Source of the DNA: an uncultured Trueperaceae bacterium
GTDB taxonomy: Bacteria > Deinococcota > Deinococci > Deinococcales > Trueperaceae
Direction of reading: 5' to 3'
NCBI GenBank assembly: GCA_963727505.1
Contig: CAVSGP010000005.1
Coordinates: forward strand, 96,001-160,000
DNA length: 64,000 bases
The stretch's first letter is position 1. Each line of letters opens with the position of its first letter. A program made the translations under genes and the position numbers. The notes below the pieces were generated by a model. The model worked only from the letters and a program-made list of their open reading frames with translations, was not told the DNA's origin and made no database searches. Shown here in pieces: positions 49,663 through 59,191 of the stretch.

Positions 49663-50612
49663 GCGACCGCGGCGACGTCGACGCTGGCGCCATGGGTCAT
49701 GACGCCGCGGCGCCTGCGGGGCTCCCCGTCCACCTGGTCGGCAACGTCAATCTGGACATCGTGATGGGTCCGGTGGAGCCCTGGCCCCAGCCCGGTACCG
49801 AGCGCATCGTGGAGGGTCAGGAGGTGCGGGTCGGCGGGGCGGCCGGGGTGGCGGCGATGGCGCTGCAGGCGCTGGGCGCGCCTTTCCGGTTGCACGCCCG
49901 CATCGGCGACGACGCCTTCGGCGCACGCGTGCGCGACGAGCTGGGGCCCGCCGGCGCACAACTCGAGATCGTGCCTGCCGCCACGGCGTACTCGGTGGGC
50001 GTGACACATCCCGACGGCGAACGCACCTTCTTCACCTACCTGGGGCACCTGGCGCAGCTGGACCTGGAAGGCGTCGCACGGGAACTGGAGAGCTCCGAGC
50101 CGGGGATGGTGCTGGTATGCGGCTACTTCCTGCTGCCGCCGCTGCGGCACGGGGGGGCGGTGGCGCTACTGCGTCGCGCGCGGGAGGCCGGGCACCGGGT
50201 GCTGTTCGACAGCGGCTGGCCCAGCGGAGGGTTCACGGACGCCGTGCGGCAAGAGCTCGATGGGCTGTTGCCGTCGATCGACCGCGTGCTGCCCAACGGA
50301 GCCGAAGCCCTGGGCTGGGCGGCGACGTCGCGCCTCGAGGACGCCGTCGACCACCTGCAGCGCTACGGCGCGCGCGTGACCGTCAAGCGCGGAGGCGAGG
50401 GCGCGAGCTGGCTGGAGCATGGTGAGATCGCGACCCGGACGCCGCCGCGCGTGGCCGTCGCCGATAGTGTCGGGGCGGGCGACTGCTTCAACGCGGCGTA
50501 CGTCGCAGCGCTGGCGCGCGGCGCCACGAACGCGGACGCGGTTGGCGCGGCCGTTCGCTACGCCGCCGCTGTGGTGCAGCGCCGGCCCCGGGACTACGGT
50601 TGGCAACCCTGA
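49659..50612 (+). CDS. PfkB-family carbohydrate kinase
   Basis: GNVNLD, VGGAAG, PN..E and DSVGAGDCFNAAY. Confidence 0.9.
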   Translation: MSDRGDVDAGAMGHDAAAPAGLPVHLVGNVNLDIVMGPVEPWPQPGTERIVEGQEVRVGGAAGVAAMALQALGAPFRLHARIGDDAFGARVRDELGPAGAQLEIVPAATAYSVGVTHPDGERTFFTYLGHLAQLDLEGVARELESSEPGMVLVCGYFLLPPLRHGGAVALLRRAREAGHRVLFDSGWPSGGFTDAVRQELDGLLPSIDRVLPNGAEALGWAATSRLEDAVDHLQRYGARVTVKRGGEGASWLEHGEIATRTPPRVAVADSVGAGDCFNAAYVAALARGATNADAVGAAVRYAAAVVQRRPRDYGWQP

Positions 50613-50648
50613 CAGTACGCTCCCACCCCCGCGTGAAGGACGCGCTGC

Positions 50649-51623
50649 CTATCCAACTGCAGTGGGAGGCGCTTCCCCTGCGAAGTGCGCCGCCAGGTTT
50701 TCCAGGACCAGTTTCCCCATGGCGTCACGCGTCTCCACGGTCATGCTCGCGACGTGCGGCGTGAGGGTGACGGTGTCGAGCTGCAGGAGCGGCTGTGGCA
50801 CGTGCGGTTCGTCGTCGAACACGTCGAGCGCGGCGCCGCCGAGCATCCCGGAGCGCAGTGCTGCGATGAGAGCCGGCTCGTCGACGATGGAGCCGCGGGC
50901 GACGTTGACGAGCACGCCGGAGGGGCCGAGCGCCTCGAGCACGCCGGCGTCAATGGCCCCGCGTGTCTGTTCGTTGGCCGCGGCGCACACCACCAGGTAG
51001 TCGCTCTGTTCCGCCAGCGCGCCAAGGGATCCCGCCCGAGGAACCTCAGTGCCGTTGACGGGCCGGGGCTGATAGTAGCGGAGGTTCACGCCGAAGGGGG
51101 CGATGCGCTCCGCTACCGTCCGACCGATGCGCCCGAGACCATAGATGCCCACGGTCTTGCCTCGCAGGCTGTGCGGTGCCACCAGGTCCTTTCCCTTCTC
51201 CCAGGCACCGGCGCGCACGAAGCGGTCGAGTGCGCACACCCGGCGCGAGGCCGCCAGTAGCAGCGCCACCGCCAGGTCGGCGACGTCGTCGGTCAGCACG
51301 TCGGGGGTGTTGGTGACCTGCACGCCTCGCTGGCGCGCGGCCTCCAGGTCGACGGCGTCGACCCCCACACCAAACACGGCTACAATCTCCAAGTTTGAAA
51401 GGCGCCGCATGAGCGCCCCGCTCATGCCGACGGCGCCGTTGGTCACGGCGCCGCGCACTCTCGATGAGACACGGGCAAGGAAGGCGTCGTGCTCGGCCTG
51501 GTCGACCTGCCACAGGTGGTGGCAGGTGAAGCGCTGTTCGAGTGCTTCCATGCTGGCCTCGGACGTCAGGCGGGTGATGAGGAGAAGCTCGGGCTTATCG
51601 GTCGCTGGATCCATCGGTGGCAA
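50649..51623 (-). CDS. D-isomer 2-hydroxyacid dehydrogenase
   Basis: VTNTPDVL, GLGRIG, NVARG, ALDVF..EP and TPHVAS. Start is TTG 51623 or ATG 51614. Confidence 0.92.
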   Translation of the reverse strand: MPPMDPATDKPELLLITRLTSEASMEALEQRFTCHHLWQVDQAEHDAFLARVSSRVRGAVTNGAVGMSGALMRRLSNLEIVAVFGVGVDAVDLEAARQRGVQVTNTPDVLTDDVADLAVALLLAASRRVCALDRFVRAGAWEKGKDLVAPHSLRGKTVGIYGLGRIGRTVAERIAPFGVNLRYYQPRPVNGTEVPRAGSLGALAEQSDYLVVCAAANEQTRGAIDAGVLEALGPSGVLVNVARGSIVDEPALIAALRSGMLGGAALDVFDDEPHVPQPLLQLDTVTLTPHVASMTVETRDAMGKLVLENLAAHFAGEAPPTAVG

Positions 51624-52644
51624 ACCTCTTCAGCTTGGCGCCGCAACTGTCGCGGACGATCAGTTGCGTGGGGACGTAGCGGGTCTCGGGGGGGTCATCG
51701 GGGTGCTCCAGGCGGGCGATCAGCAGGCGAGCCGCCTCCTGTCCAACGGTCTGCGGCCGTGTGGCGACGGAGGTAAGCGCGGGCCGTGACAGTACCGCCT
51801 GCTCGAGGTCGTCGAAGCCCACCAGCGCGAAGTCGCGGCCTACCGTAAGGTCGTCGTCGGTGAGGCCAGCGATGATCCCCAGGCCGACCCGGTCGTTGTA
51901 GGCCACCGCAGCGGTGGGCGGCTCCGGTTCGGCCAGCAGGTCGCGGATCGCCTGGTAGCCAGCCCCGCGCGTGACCGGGCAGTCTACGAGGCGCTCGGCG
52001 TTCAGCCCGTGGCGCTCCATGGTGCGCTTGAAGCCAGCGTGGCGCTGTCGTGTGGCGGAGTGCGGGAGGTCACCGCCGATGAAGGCGATGCGCTCGTGAC
52101 CGAGGTCGATCAGGTGCTCCGTGGCCGTCACGGTGGCGCCGTCGAAGTCGATTCCCACGAAGTCGCCATCGCTGCCCGCGACACGCCGAAGGACTTCTAT
52201 GATCGGCGTTCCCGCCTGCCGCACGGTGTCGAGGAAGACCGCTTCGGTGCCGGCGGCAGCGCTCAGGATGAGCCCGTCGACGCCGTGCTCGCGAAGCCGC
52301 GACAAGTAGCGCTTCTGGGCTTCGGGGGACTCGCCCGTATTGACCAACAGCAGCACCCGACCCGCTTCGTCCAGCACGCGCTGGGCGCCGGCAACCATAT
52401 CGGCGAAGAAGGGGTTGGTGATGTCGCCGATCACCACGCCCACCAGCAGCGTCTGGTTGAGGCGCAGCGAGGCTGCACCCCTGTTGTAGACGTAGCCGAG
52501 CGCTGTCACAGCCTCGAGCACGCGCTCGCGAGTGGCGGGCGCCGGCAGAGAGCTGCCGCGCAGCACGAGCGACACGGTGGAGCGCGAGACGCCGGCGTGT
52601 CGCGCCAGATCGTCGAGGGTGACCCGCTTGCGGCGCACGCTCAC
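51595..52644 (-). CDS. LacI-family transcriptional regulator
   Basis: VTLDDLARHAGVSRSTVSLVL, NPFF and VGFDD. Confidence 0.93.
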   Translation of the reverse strand: MSVRRKRVTLDDLARHAGVSRSTVSLVLRGSSLPAPATRERVLEAVTALGYVYNRGAASLRLNQTLLVGVVIGDITNPFFADMVAGAQRVLDEAGRVLLLVNTGESPEAQKRYLSRLREHGVDGLILSAAAGTEAVFLDTVRQAGTPIIEVLRRVAGSDGDFVGIDFDGATVTATEHLIDLGHERIAFIGGDLPHSATRQRHAGFKRTMERHGLNAERLVDCPVTRGAGYQAIRDLLAEPEPPTAAVAYNDRVGLGIIAGLTDDDLTVGRDFALVGFDDLEQAVLSRPALTSVATRPQTVGQEAARLLIARLEHPDDPPETRYVPTQLIVRDSCGAKLKRFATDGSSDR

Positions 52645-53378
52645 TCTCGCAGCTCACCCGCGTTCAGGAACTGCTGCAGCTCCGGTGTCTCGGCCTCGCT
52701 GAAAAGCTGCTCGGGCGGACCCGACTCCCAGATCTCGCCCCTGTGCATGAACAGCACTTCGTTGGCGACGTTCTTGGCGAACCCCATCTCATGTGTCACC
52801 AGCACCATGGTCATGCCCTCGCGGGCCAGACTGCCAATGACGCGCAGCACCTCACCCGTCAGCTCGGGGTCCAGCGCGGACGTGACCTCGTCGAAGAGCA
52901 TGAGCTGTGGCTGCATCGCCAGCGAGCGCGCGATCGCAACGCGCTGCTGTTGACCGCCGGAGAGCTGCTCGGGCATGGCGTCGCGCTTGTCGCCCAGACC
53001 GACCTGGTCGAGCACGTGGTGGGCGGTCTGGCGGGCCTCGGCGCGGTTGGAGCCCTTGACGATGCGCGGTGCAATCATGACGTTCTCCTCCACGGACATG
53101 TGAGGGAACAGGTTGTAACTCTGGAACACCATGCCAACCTCGACCCGCAATGCGCGCAGCTCCTTCGGTTCCAGCGGCATGGCGTGACCGAGCACCTCGA
53201 GCTTGCCGCCGTTGATCTCCTCCAGGCCATTGATGCAGCGAAGCATCGTGCTCTTGCCCGACCCGCTTCGGCCGATGATGACCACCACACGGCCCTTGGG
53301 CACGTCGAAGGTAACGTCCGAGAGGACGGTGAGCTCGCCGAAGCGCTTGGAGACATTTTCAGCTTTGACGACCGACAT
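52641..53378 (-). CDS. Polar amino acid ABC ATP-binding protein (GlnQ-like)
   Basis: GRSGSGKST, LSGGQQQR, DEVTSALDPE and THEM. Confidence 0.93.
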   Translation of the reverse strand: MSVVKAENVSKRFGELTVLSDVTFDVPKGRVVVIIGRSGSGKSTMLRCINGLEEINGGKLEVLGHAMPLEPKELRALRVEVGMVFQSYNLFPHMSVEENVMIAPRIVKGSNRAEARQTAHHVLDQVGLGDKRDAMPEQLSGGQQQRVAIARSLAMQPQLMLFDEVTSALDPELTGEVLRVIGSLAREGMTMVLVTHEMGFAKNVANEVLFMHRGEIWESGPPEQLFSEAETPELQQFLNAGELRE

Positions 53379-54015
53379 GGAGCCTTCTTTCCAGATTCTG
53401 GCTGAACTTGGAGAGCGGGAAGCAGAGCACGAAGTAGATCAAGGCGACCGCAATGAACGTCGACAGCGGACGAAAGGTCGCGTTGGCGATGAGCTGGCCC
53501 TCCCGGGTCAGCTCGACCATGCTGATCAGCGAGGCGACCGAGGTGTTCTTGATGAGTTGAACCAAGAAGCCGACCGTGGGCGGCAGCGAGATGCGGAAGG
53601 CTTGGGGCAGGATGATGTGCCGAAGTTGCTGCCAACGGGTCATCGCAAGTGACTCGGAGGCCTCCCACTGGGCGCGCGGGATGGAGTCGATGCACCCGCG
53701 CCAGATCTCGCCAAGGTAGGCCGAGCTGAAGATGGTCAAGGCGATGGAGGCGGCCAGAAGCGGAGGCACGTCGATACCAATGAGCGCGACACCGAAGTAG
53801 GCCACGAACAGCAGGATCAAGACCGGGGTGCCCTGTATGACCTCGATGTACGCTGCCGTGACGCCGCGGAGGACGGGCGAGCGGTCGGTGCGCAGGAGCG
53901 CCACCGCGAACCCCGCGACCCCTCCGACCGCGAACGCCAGCGCGGACAGCAGAACCGTCCAGCGGGCAGCGAGCAGCAACAGCGTAAGGGCGTGCCAGCC
54001 GAACTGTCCGAACAT
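53359..54015 (-). CDS. Polar amino acid ABC permease
   Basis: QGTPVL, AYLGEIWRG and LIKNTS. Confidence 0.9.
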   Translation of the reverse strand: MFGQFGWHALTLLLLAARWTVLLSALAFAVGGVAGFAVALLRTDRSPVLRGVTAAYIEVIQGTPVLILLFVAYFGVALIGIDVPPLLAASIALTIFSSAYLGEIWRGCIDSIPRAQWEASESLAMTRWQQLRHIILPQAFRISLPPTVGFLVQLIKNTSVASLISMVELTREGQLIANATFRPLSTFIAVALIYFVLCFPLSKFSQNLERRLHVGRQS

Positions 54016-54755
54016 CAGGCGTCCCCTCCGCTCGTCCACAGTCGCCGGAACGGCTTCAGTGGCGCGAAGCTCAGCGCGGGTCTCGTGCGGAGTCGGCGCC
54101 AGCGCTTGAACGAGGCATAGCCGATGGCCTGGAAGGCGGCCTTCATCAGCAGTGTGATCAGCACGTAGAGCACACCCACGACCGCGTAGATCTCGAAGCT
54201 GCGGAAGGTGAGCGAGTCGAGGAGCTGCGCCACGCCGGTCAACTCCCCCACAGAAATTGCGGAGAGCAGACTGGAGGCCAGCATCATCAGAATGAACTGG
54301 CTCGTCAGCGAGGGGTAGACCGCCTCGATAGCGGGGGGCAGCACCACGTGGCGAAGGATCTGCAGTCGGCTCATGCCGAGCGCCGCACCAGCCTCGAGCT
54401 GGAGGCGATGGACCGCTTCCATGCCGGCTCGCACGATCTCGGCAGCGTACGCACCGAGGTTCGCCACCATCGCCACCAGACCGGCTTCGACCGCGGTGAG
54501 CCTAATGCCAACGGTGGGCAGGGCGAAGTAGACGATGAAGAGCTGGACCAGGAAGGGGGTGTTCCGCACGGCCTCGACATAGATGGAGATCAGCGTGCGC
54601 ACCGGCCTGGGCCCGCTGTTTCGCAGGGCTGCGCAGGTCACACCCAATGCGAAGCCCAGCGCGATGGCGACAGATGAGATCGTGAGCGTGAGAAGGGCGC
54701 CCGCGAGCAGCTTGGGAAAATAGTGGATGACCGGGGCGAAGTTGAACTGATACAC
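54015..54755 (-). CDS. Polar amino acid ABC permease
   Basis: RNTPFLVQL and AYAAEIVRAG. Confidence 0.9.
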   Translation of the reverse strand: MYQFNFAPVIHYFPKLLAGALLTLTISSVAIALGFALGVTCAALRNSGPRPVRTLISIYVEAVRNTPFLVQLFIVYFALPTVGIRLTAVEAGLVAMVANLGAYAAEIVRAGMEAVHRLQLEAGAALGMSRLQILRHVVLPPAIEAVYPSLTSQFILMMLASSLLSAISVGELTGVAQLLDSLTFRSFEIYAVVGVLYVLITLLMKAAFQAIGYASFKRWRRLRTRPALSFAPLKPFRRLWTSGGDA

Positions 54756-54849
54756 CGTCTGGCTCCGTAGCTCGGGCGCGTTGTGCGCGGCGCCTCAGAG
54801 GGGCAGGTGTGGGCGCGCGAGGGCGCCCACACCAGGGTGCGACCCGTGC

Positions 54850-55659
54850 CTAGAAGACTGGCAGGTCGGGAAGCGGAGTGCCGATCCACTTCTCGCTGAT
54901 GGCGTTGAGCTTGCCGTTCAGCTTGATGTTGTAGAGGAAGTCGTTGATCCATTGATGCAACTGGAAGGCATCGCTGCGCACCGCGATCGAGTTGGGCTGC
55001 GTCGAGAACGCGAACTTGATCTCGTAGTTGTCGCCTTGGTTGCGCTTCGTGAGTATGTCGTTGGCGGTGATGTTGGGAATTGCGATAGCGTCGACTTGCC
55101 CGCTGAAGAGCGCCTGCGCGGCCGTGGCGTCGTCCTGGAAGCGGACGATCTTCGTGCCCTTGACGGCGAGCCGGGTTAGCTCCACGTCCTGCGGGCTGCC
55201 GCGCGGCACGCCGATGCTCTTACCCGCCATGTCCTTCAGGCTCGACTCCTGCGCCGCCGTGGGAGCCAGGATGACCTGCTGGAAGGCGCTGTACGGCATG
55301 GTGAACATGACGCTCTTGGCGCGCTCGGGGGTGGGGGCGAGGGTCGCAACCAGGATGTCGACCTTGCCCGAGATCAGGGCCGGGATGCGCGCGGGGGGCG
55401 TGAGCGGGACGATCTTGGCCTTGACGCCGAGGTCCTGGGCCAGGAGGTTGGCGACGTCGACGTCGTAGCCCACGGTGTTGCCTTTGGGGTCGATGGAGCC
55501 GAACGGAGGGACGCCCGTCACCACCCCAATGGTGACCTCGCCCTTCTTCGTGATCTGGTCGATCGACTGAGCGCTGGCGGCGCCGGCCACCGCCGCCACC
55601 AGGAGCAAGGACGCCAGGATCCTGGCTGCAGACTTCGGGATTCGTCGGATGTGCCTCAT
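54850..55659 (-). CDS. Polar amino acid ABC substrate-binding protein (family 3)
   Basis: Signal peptide; PPFG, GYDVD, RIPALISGKVD and TPERAK. Confidence 0.9.
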   Translation of the reverse strand: MRHIRRIPKSAARILASLLLVAAVAGAASAQSIDQITKKGEVTIGVVTGVPPFGSIDPKGNTVGYDVDVANLLAQDLGVKAKIVPLTPPARIPALISGKVDILVATLAPTPERAKSVMFTMPYSAFQQVILAPTAAQESSLKDMAGKSIGVPRGSPQDVELTRLAVKGTKIVRFQDDATAAQALFSGQVDAIAIPNITANDILTKRNQGDNYEIKFAFSTQPNSIAVRSDAFQLHQWINDFLYNIKLNGKLNAISEKWIGTPLPDLPVF

Positions 55660-55723
55660 GGAGTCGCCTCGAACACCTTCTTGGCCCGCCTTCGCATGCG
55701 CCCATACCCTGTGGGGGACAGTG

Positions 55724-55796
55724 TTAGATCGATCCAATGAAGCACGATAGGGCGCACCGGGCGGTCAACGGCTGGCAATTCATTAAATCGATCTAA
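55724..55796. promoter_or_regulatory. Two LacI-type operators, TTAGATCGATCCAA (55724-55737) and TTAAATCGATCTAA (55783-55796)
   Basis: 14-bp palindromes with central CG, each one mismatch from TTAGATCGATCTAA, upstream of the operon that contains lacI. Confidence 0.75.
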
Positions 55797-55879
55797 AACC
55801 AACGTTACGCCCCGAACCGGGAGCCGTCAACCCCCGATTCAAGAGCGTGATGGGGCGCGTGGGCTGCCGGCGCGGCGCC

Positions 55880-58153
55880 TCAGTGGCAGCTGGCGCTGCC
55901 GGCGTCGCCGTAGCTCTTGCCCGCCTCAGGCACGAATTGCCAGTCGTAGCTCGTCGCCTTCAGGGTGAGCTCGAGCACCCCGTAGGTGTTGTCGTTGTGC
56001 GCCAGGCTGTTGGCGATGGGGGTGCCGATCGAGTAGTGCGTCTTGCCGCCCGTCCCCACCACGAACTGCACCACGCCATGGGCCGCATCGAGGGCGCCGT
56101 GCGCATCTTGCGGCGCGAAGCGCTCGTAGTCGTGATCGTGCCCGGACAGCACGACGTCGGCGCCGCCGTCGACCAGCGCCTGCCAGAGGGCCGTCACCGA
56201 GCTGTTGCTGCCGTGGTTGCCCGAGCTGTAGCGCGGGTGGTGCCAGTAGGCCAGCGTGCAGGCCGCCGGGTGGGCCGCCAGGTCTGCCTGCAGCCACTGC
56301 TCCTGGGGCGAGCCCGCACCGCAACCGCCGGCATCGCTGCAGTTGGAATTGAGCGATATGAGGTGCCAGGCGCCGAGGTCGTAGCTGTAGTAGCCCTTGG
56401 ACGGGTCCCCCGCCGCCGAGCCGAAGTAGCCGAAGTAACCGCTGGCGCCGCTGGTGTGATACTCGTGGTTGCCGGGCGACGGCTCGGTGATGCTCTTCAG
56501 CCGTCCCCAGGTGGGATCGTAGGAGGCCTGGAAGGCGCTCAGCACGCCGTCTTCGTACTGGTTGTCGCCCAGTGTCAGTACCCGGTCGGGCGCGATGGAC
56601 ACCAGCAGATCCGAGGTGGCCTTCATGTGGCAGGCGCTGCTCGAGCCTGCGCCCCCGTTGTAGTTGCCGTCGCCGGGATCGCAGGCGATGTCGCCGGCCG
56701 CCGCGATGGTGACGGTGCCGCCACCGCCCGAGGGCGCGCTCACGATCACCGTGGCGGTCGCGCTCTTGGAGCTATCGGCGTGGCTGGTCGCGCTGACGTG
56801 GTAGGTGCCGGCCGCTCCCGGCGCCGTGTAGGTCACGGTCGCGCCCGTGCCGCTCACGCTGCCCCCGTCCGTCGACCAGGTCACGCTGGTGTCCGTGGCG
56901 TTGCTGACCGTCGCGGTGAAGTCGGTGCCGCCGCCGGTCGTGAGGCTGGCGCTGGCCGGCGCGATCGAGATGCTCACCGAGGGTGTTGTGGGTGGCGGTG
57001 CCTGACCGAGGAAGACATCCACCCAGTGCCGGGTCCGGTCCAGGTACGCCATCGGCGCGTTGGCCTCCGTGGCGCCGTAGGCGCCCACGTAGTCGCTGTA
57101 GCTGTAGCCGGAGATGGTCTTGCTCACGGCCGGCTCGATCTGGGTCCCTTCGTGCCACTCGTTGAACGAGGTGATGGTGATCCAGGGCGCGCCCGAGTCG
57201 ATGGCATCCTGCCAGAACGTGTCGTAGCGCTGACCGCTGCCGCGCGACACGTACCGGTTGCTCCCCGCGATGGCGCGGCGCTCGTCGTAGCCGGGGCCTA
57301 CGCTCGGTGCGAAGATGCCGCCGCTGTTGGCGATGACCGGCGCGTAGTTGAGGAACGAGCTGGGATCGACCGCGTAGGCGTCGTAGGTGTACACGCCGTC
57401 GAAGTGCGCGTCGTCGATGGGATTGGGCGAGACTCGCTGGCCCAGTACGAAGGCGTCGTTGGCGCTGCCGTGGAGCCCGTCCATGGCGCTCCTCCATTGG
57501 GCAAGCGTGCCCGACGCCAGCACGTCGAAGAGGTAGAACACACCGCGCGGCGCGGTGCTGGGGCCGTAGCTGGTGGGGAGCGACACCCGGTAGAACGCCG
57601 GCGACGAACCGTAGTGGTCGTAGAGGTAGGCGATGTCGGCGACGACCGAGGAGGGCGTGCGGCCGCTGTACGGCTCGATGTGGAACGCCACTTTCACGCC
57701 GTGGGCCGCGGCCGCGCTCAGAACCGCCGGCATGTCCTGGTCCTCCCACGAACCCTGGCCCCACCAGCTCACGATGGCCACGCCGATGCCGGCGTCCGCC
57801 ATCCACTGCATCTGCTGTCCGAGCGTGGTCGCGTTGGTGCTGCTGTAGGGTCCGAGCTCCGGGTAGAAGTTGCTGCCGATGTCGTCCGGCGGGGTGTGGT
57901 TGTTCTGTTGCCAGTGGCGCCAGCCGGCACCGTTGGTGCCGGGCTTGCCGGCGTCGTTCGCGGGGTTGCCGTACCAGGGGTAGAAGAAGACCTGGACCGC
58001 CGTGGTGGTCGAGCCGCCCGAGCCGCTGCCGGCAGCGCCGGGCGCGGTAGTGCAGCCGCCCACCAGCGTGAGCACCAGAGCGGCGATCAGCGCCACGAAC
58101 GCCCGCCGCCTCGAGAGCGTTTCATGCCTGGAGGTCCTGCCCTGTGTTCGCAT
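55880..58153 (-). CDS. Lipoprotein fusion of GH99-like glycoside hydrolase, Ig-like domain and metallophosphoesterase
   Basis: Lipobox VGGC; GH99-like FFYPWYG, FYPELGPYSS, FHIEPY, DGVYTY, PSVGPGYD and ITSFNEWHEGTQIEP; phosphoesterase AGDIA, LGDNQY, PGNHE, WHHP and SGHDH. Confidence 0.85.
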   Translation of the reverse strand: MRTQGRTSRHETLSRRRAFVALIAALVLTLVGGCTTAPGAAGSGSGGSTTTAVQVFFYPWYGNPANDAGKPGTNGAGWRHWQQNNHTPPDDIGSNFYPELGPYSSTNATTLGQQMQWMADAGIGVAIVSWWGQGSWEDQDMPAVLSAAAAHGVKVAFHIEPYSGRTPSSVVADIAYLYDHYGSSPAFYRVSLPTSYGPSTAPRGVFYLFDVLASGTLAQWRSAMDGLHGSANDAFVLGQRVSPNPIDDAHFDGVYTYDAYAVDPSSFLNYAPVIANSGGIFAPSVGPGYDERRAIAGSNRYVSRGSGQRYDTFWQDAIDSGAPWITITSFNEWHEGTQIEPAVSKTISGYSYSDYVGAYGATEANAPMAYLDRTRHWVDVFLGQAPPPTTPSVSISIAPASASLTTGGGTDFTATVSNATDTSVTWSTDGGSVSGTGATVTYTAPGAAGTYHVSATSHADSSKSATATVIVSAPSGGGGTVTIAAAGDIACDPGDGNYNGGAGSSSACHMKATSDLLVSIAPDRVLTLGDNQYEDGVLSAFQASYDPTWGRLKSITEPSPGNHEYHTSGASGYFGYFGSAAGDPSKGYYSYDLGAWHLISLNSNCSDAGGCGAGSPQEQWLQADLAAHPAACTLAYWHHPRYSSGNHGSNSSVTALWQALVDGGADVVLSGHDHDYERFAPQDAHGALDAAHGVVQFVVGTGGKTHYSIGTPIANSLAHNDNTYGVLELTLKATSYDWQFVPEAGKSYGDAGSASCH

Positions 58154-58628
58154 CCGCCATGCTCCCATCGTCCACCACTCCGACCGGCCAGGTGCACGAA
58201 CGTCACGTTCGTTCGGGGATCGGGGTCACGACGTATGGGAAGGGAAGGGTCGCCCCGGCCGTTCGCGCCACTCGCTCCACCCGCTCCAGGCGCCCGAGAT
58301 GTTCGGAACGGGTCTCATCGCTTCCGGGGACGAGATCGCTCTCGCCGATACGAAGCTAGGCCCGCGCCGGACGTGAACGATGAGAAATCTAAACGCCGGG
58401 GGTCGACGGGCGTTACGGCGTCGCGTGCAGGTCGCAATTCCGACGGCTGCCCCGAGTGCCGTCGATGAGGGTGTGGCAAGCGCCACATGGCGCTTCGCCT
58501 TCGGCCGTCAGCCGCCTTGCTGGTCGCCCCCGAGCGGCCCCGACTTGAGCTTGGTGATGGGAAGGGCGTCGGGTTCTCCGCCGTGCTCGGCGACCGTGCC
58601 GGGGTTGGTCGTGCTCGTTCGGGAGCTC

Positions 58629-59099
58629 CTAGGCGAACTCGGGCCGCGTGTGCGTGTCGGGGGAGCCGTAGAGGCGCTGTCGAGCGGCCCTCAGGGCTTC
58701 GGCCGCCTGCTCGAGGCCGCGCGCGTGTCCCAGCGCCAGCCGTTCGAGCTCGTGCTCGATGGCGGATTCCAGCTCGCGAGCGCGCCGTTGGTAGTGCTCG
58801 CTGGAGGCGAAGTGCTGTGTCGCCTTCAACGTGTCACCGACCGAGAGGGCGTCTTCGCCGACGTGGGTTTCGGCCAGGGCCCGGTCCCGGAGCTTGGACA
58901 GCCGGACGTAGCGGGTCACGAGGCGCTCGAAATCGAGCGGCGCTCCCGGCGCCTGGGCCGCTTCCATCTTGCCGTTGTCCACACGTTGCGCGGGGTCCTG
59001 GCCGGTTGCCGGCGGCCGCCGGAACCACGGCCTGGGGCCGGGGCGGAGAACACGCCGTAGGCTGGCGGGATCTGGATCGTGCTTGGAAGGTTGCTTCAT
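58629..59099 (-). CDS. Hypothetical protein (orphan, helical C-terminus)
   Basis: 156-aa ORF with SD GAGG and a consensus promoter upstream; no recognisable motifs. Confidence 0.5.
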   Translation of the reverse strand: MKQPSKHDPDPASLRRVLRPGPRPWFRRPPATGQDPAQRVDNGKMEAAQAPGAPLDFERLVTRYVRLSKLRDRALAETHVGEDALSVGDTLKATQHFASSEHYQRRARELESAIEHELERLALGHARGLEQAAEALRAARQRLYGSPDTHTRPEFA

Positions 59100-59191
59100 G
59101 GGAACCTCGGTTCCGAACGCGCGCATGCGCGGGAGACTCGTGTTGGTGTGGGGAGCGGGCGCCGCGATGCGGACCCGGGCCCGACAGCCGG

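Noticed and set aside
58518..58625. Small minus-strand reading frame (TSTTNPGTVAEHGG...) after an AGGAG
   Set aside because: It has no valid start codon (ACG) and no recognisable motif.
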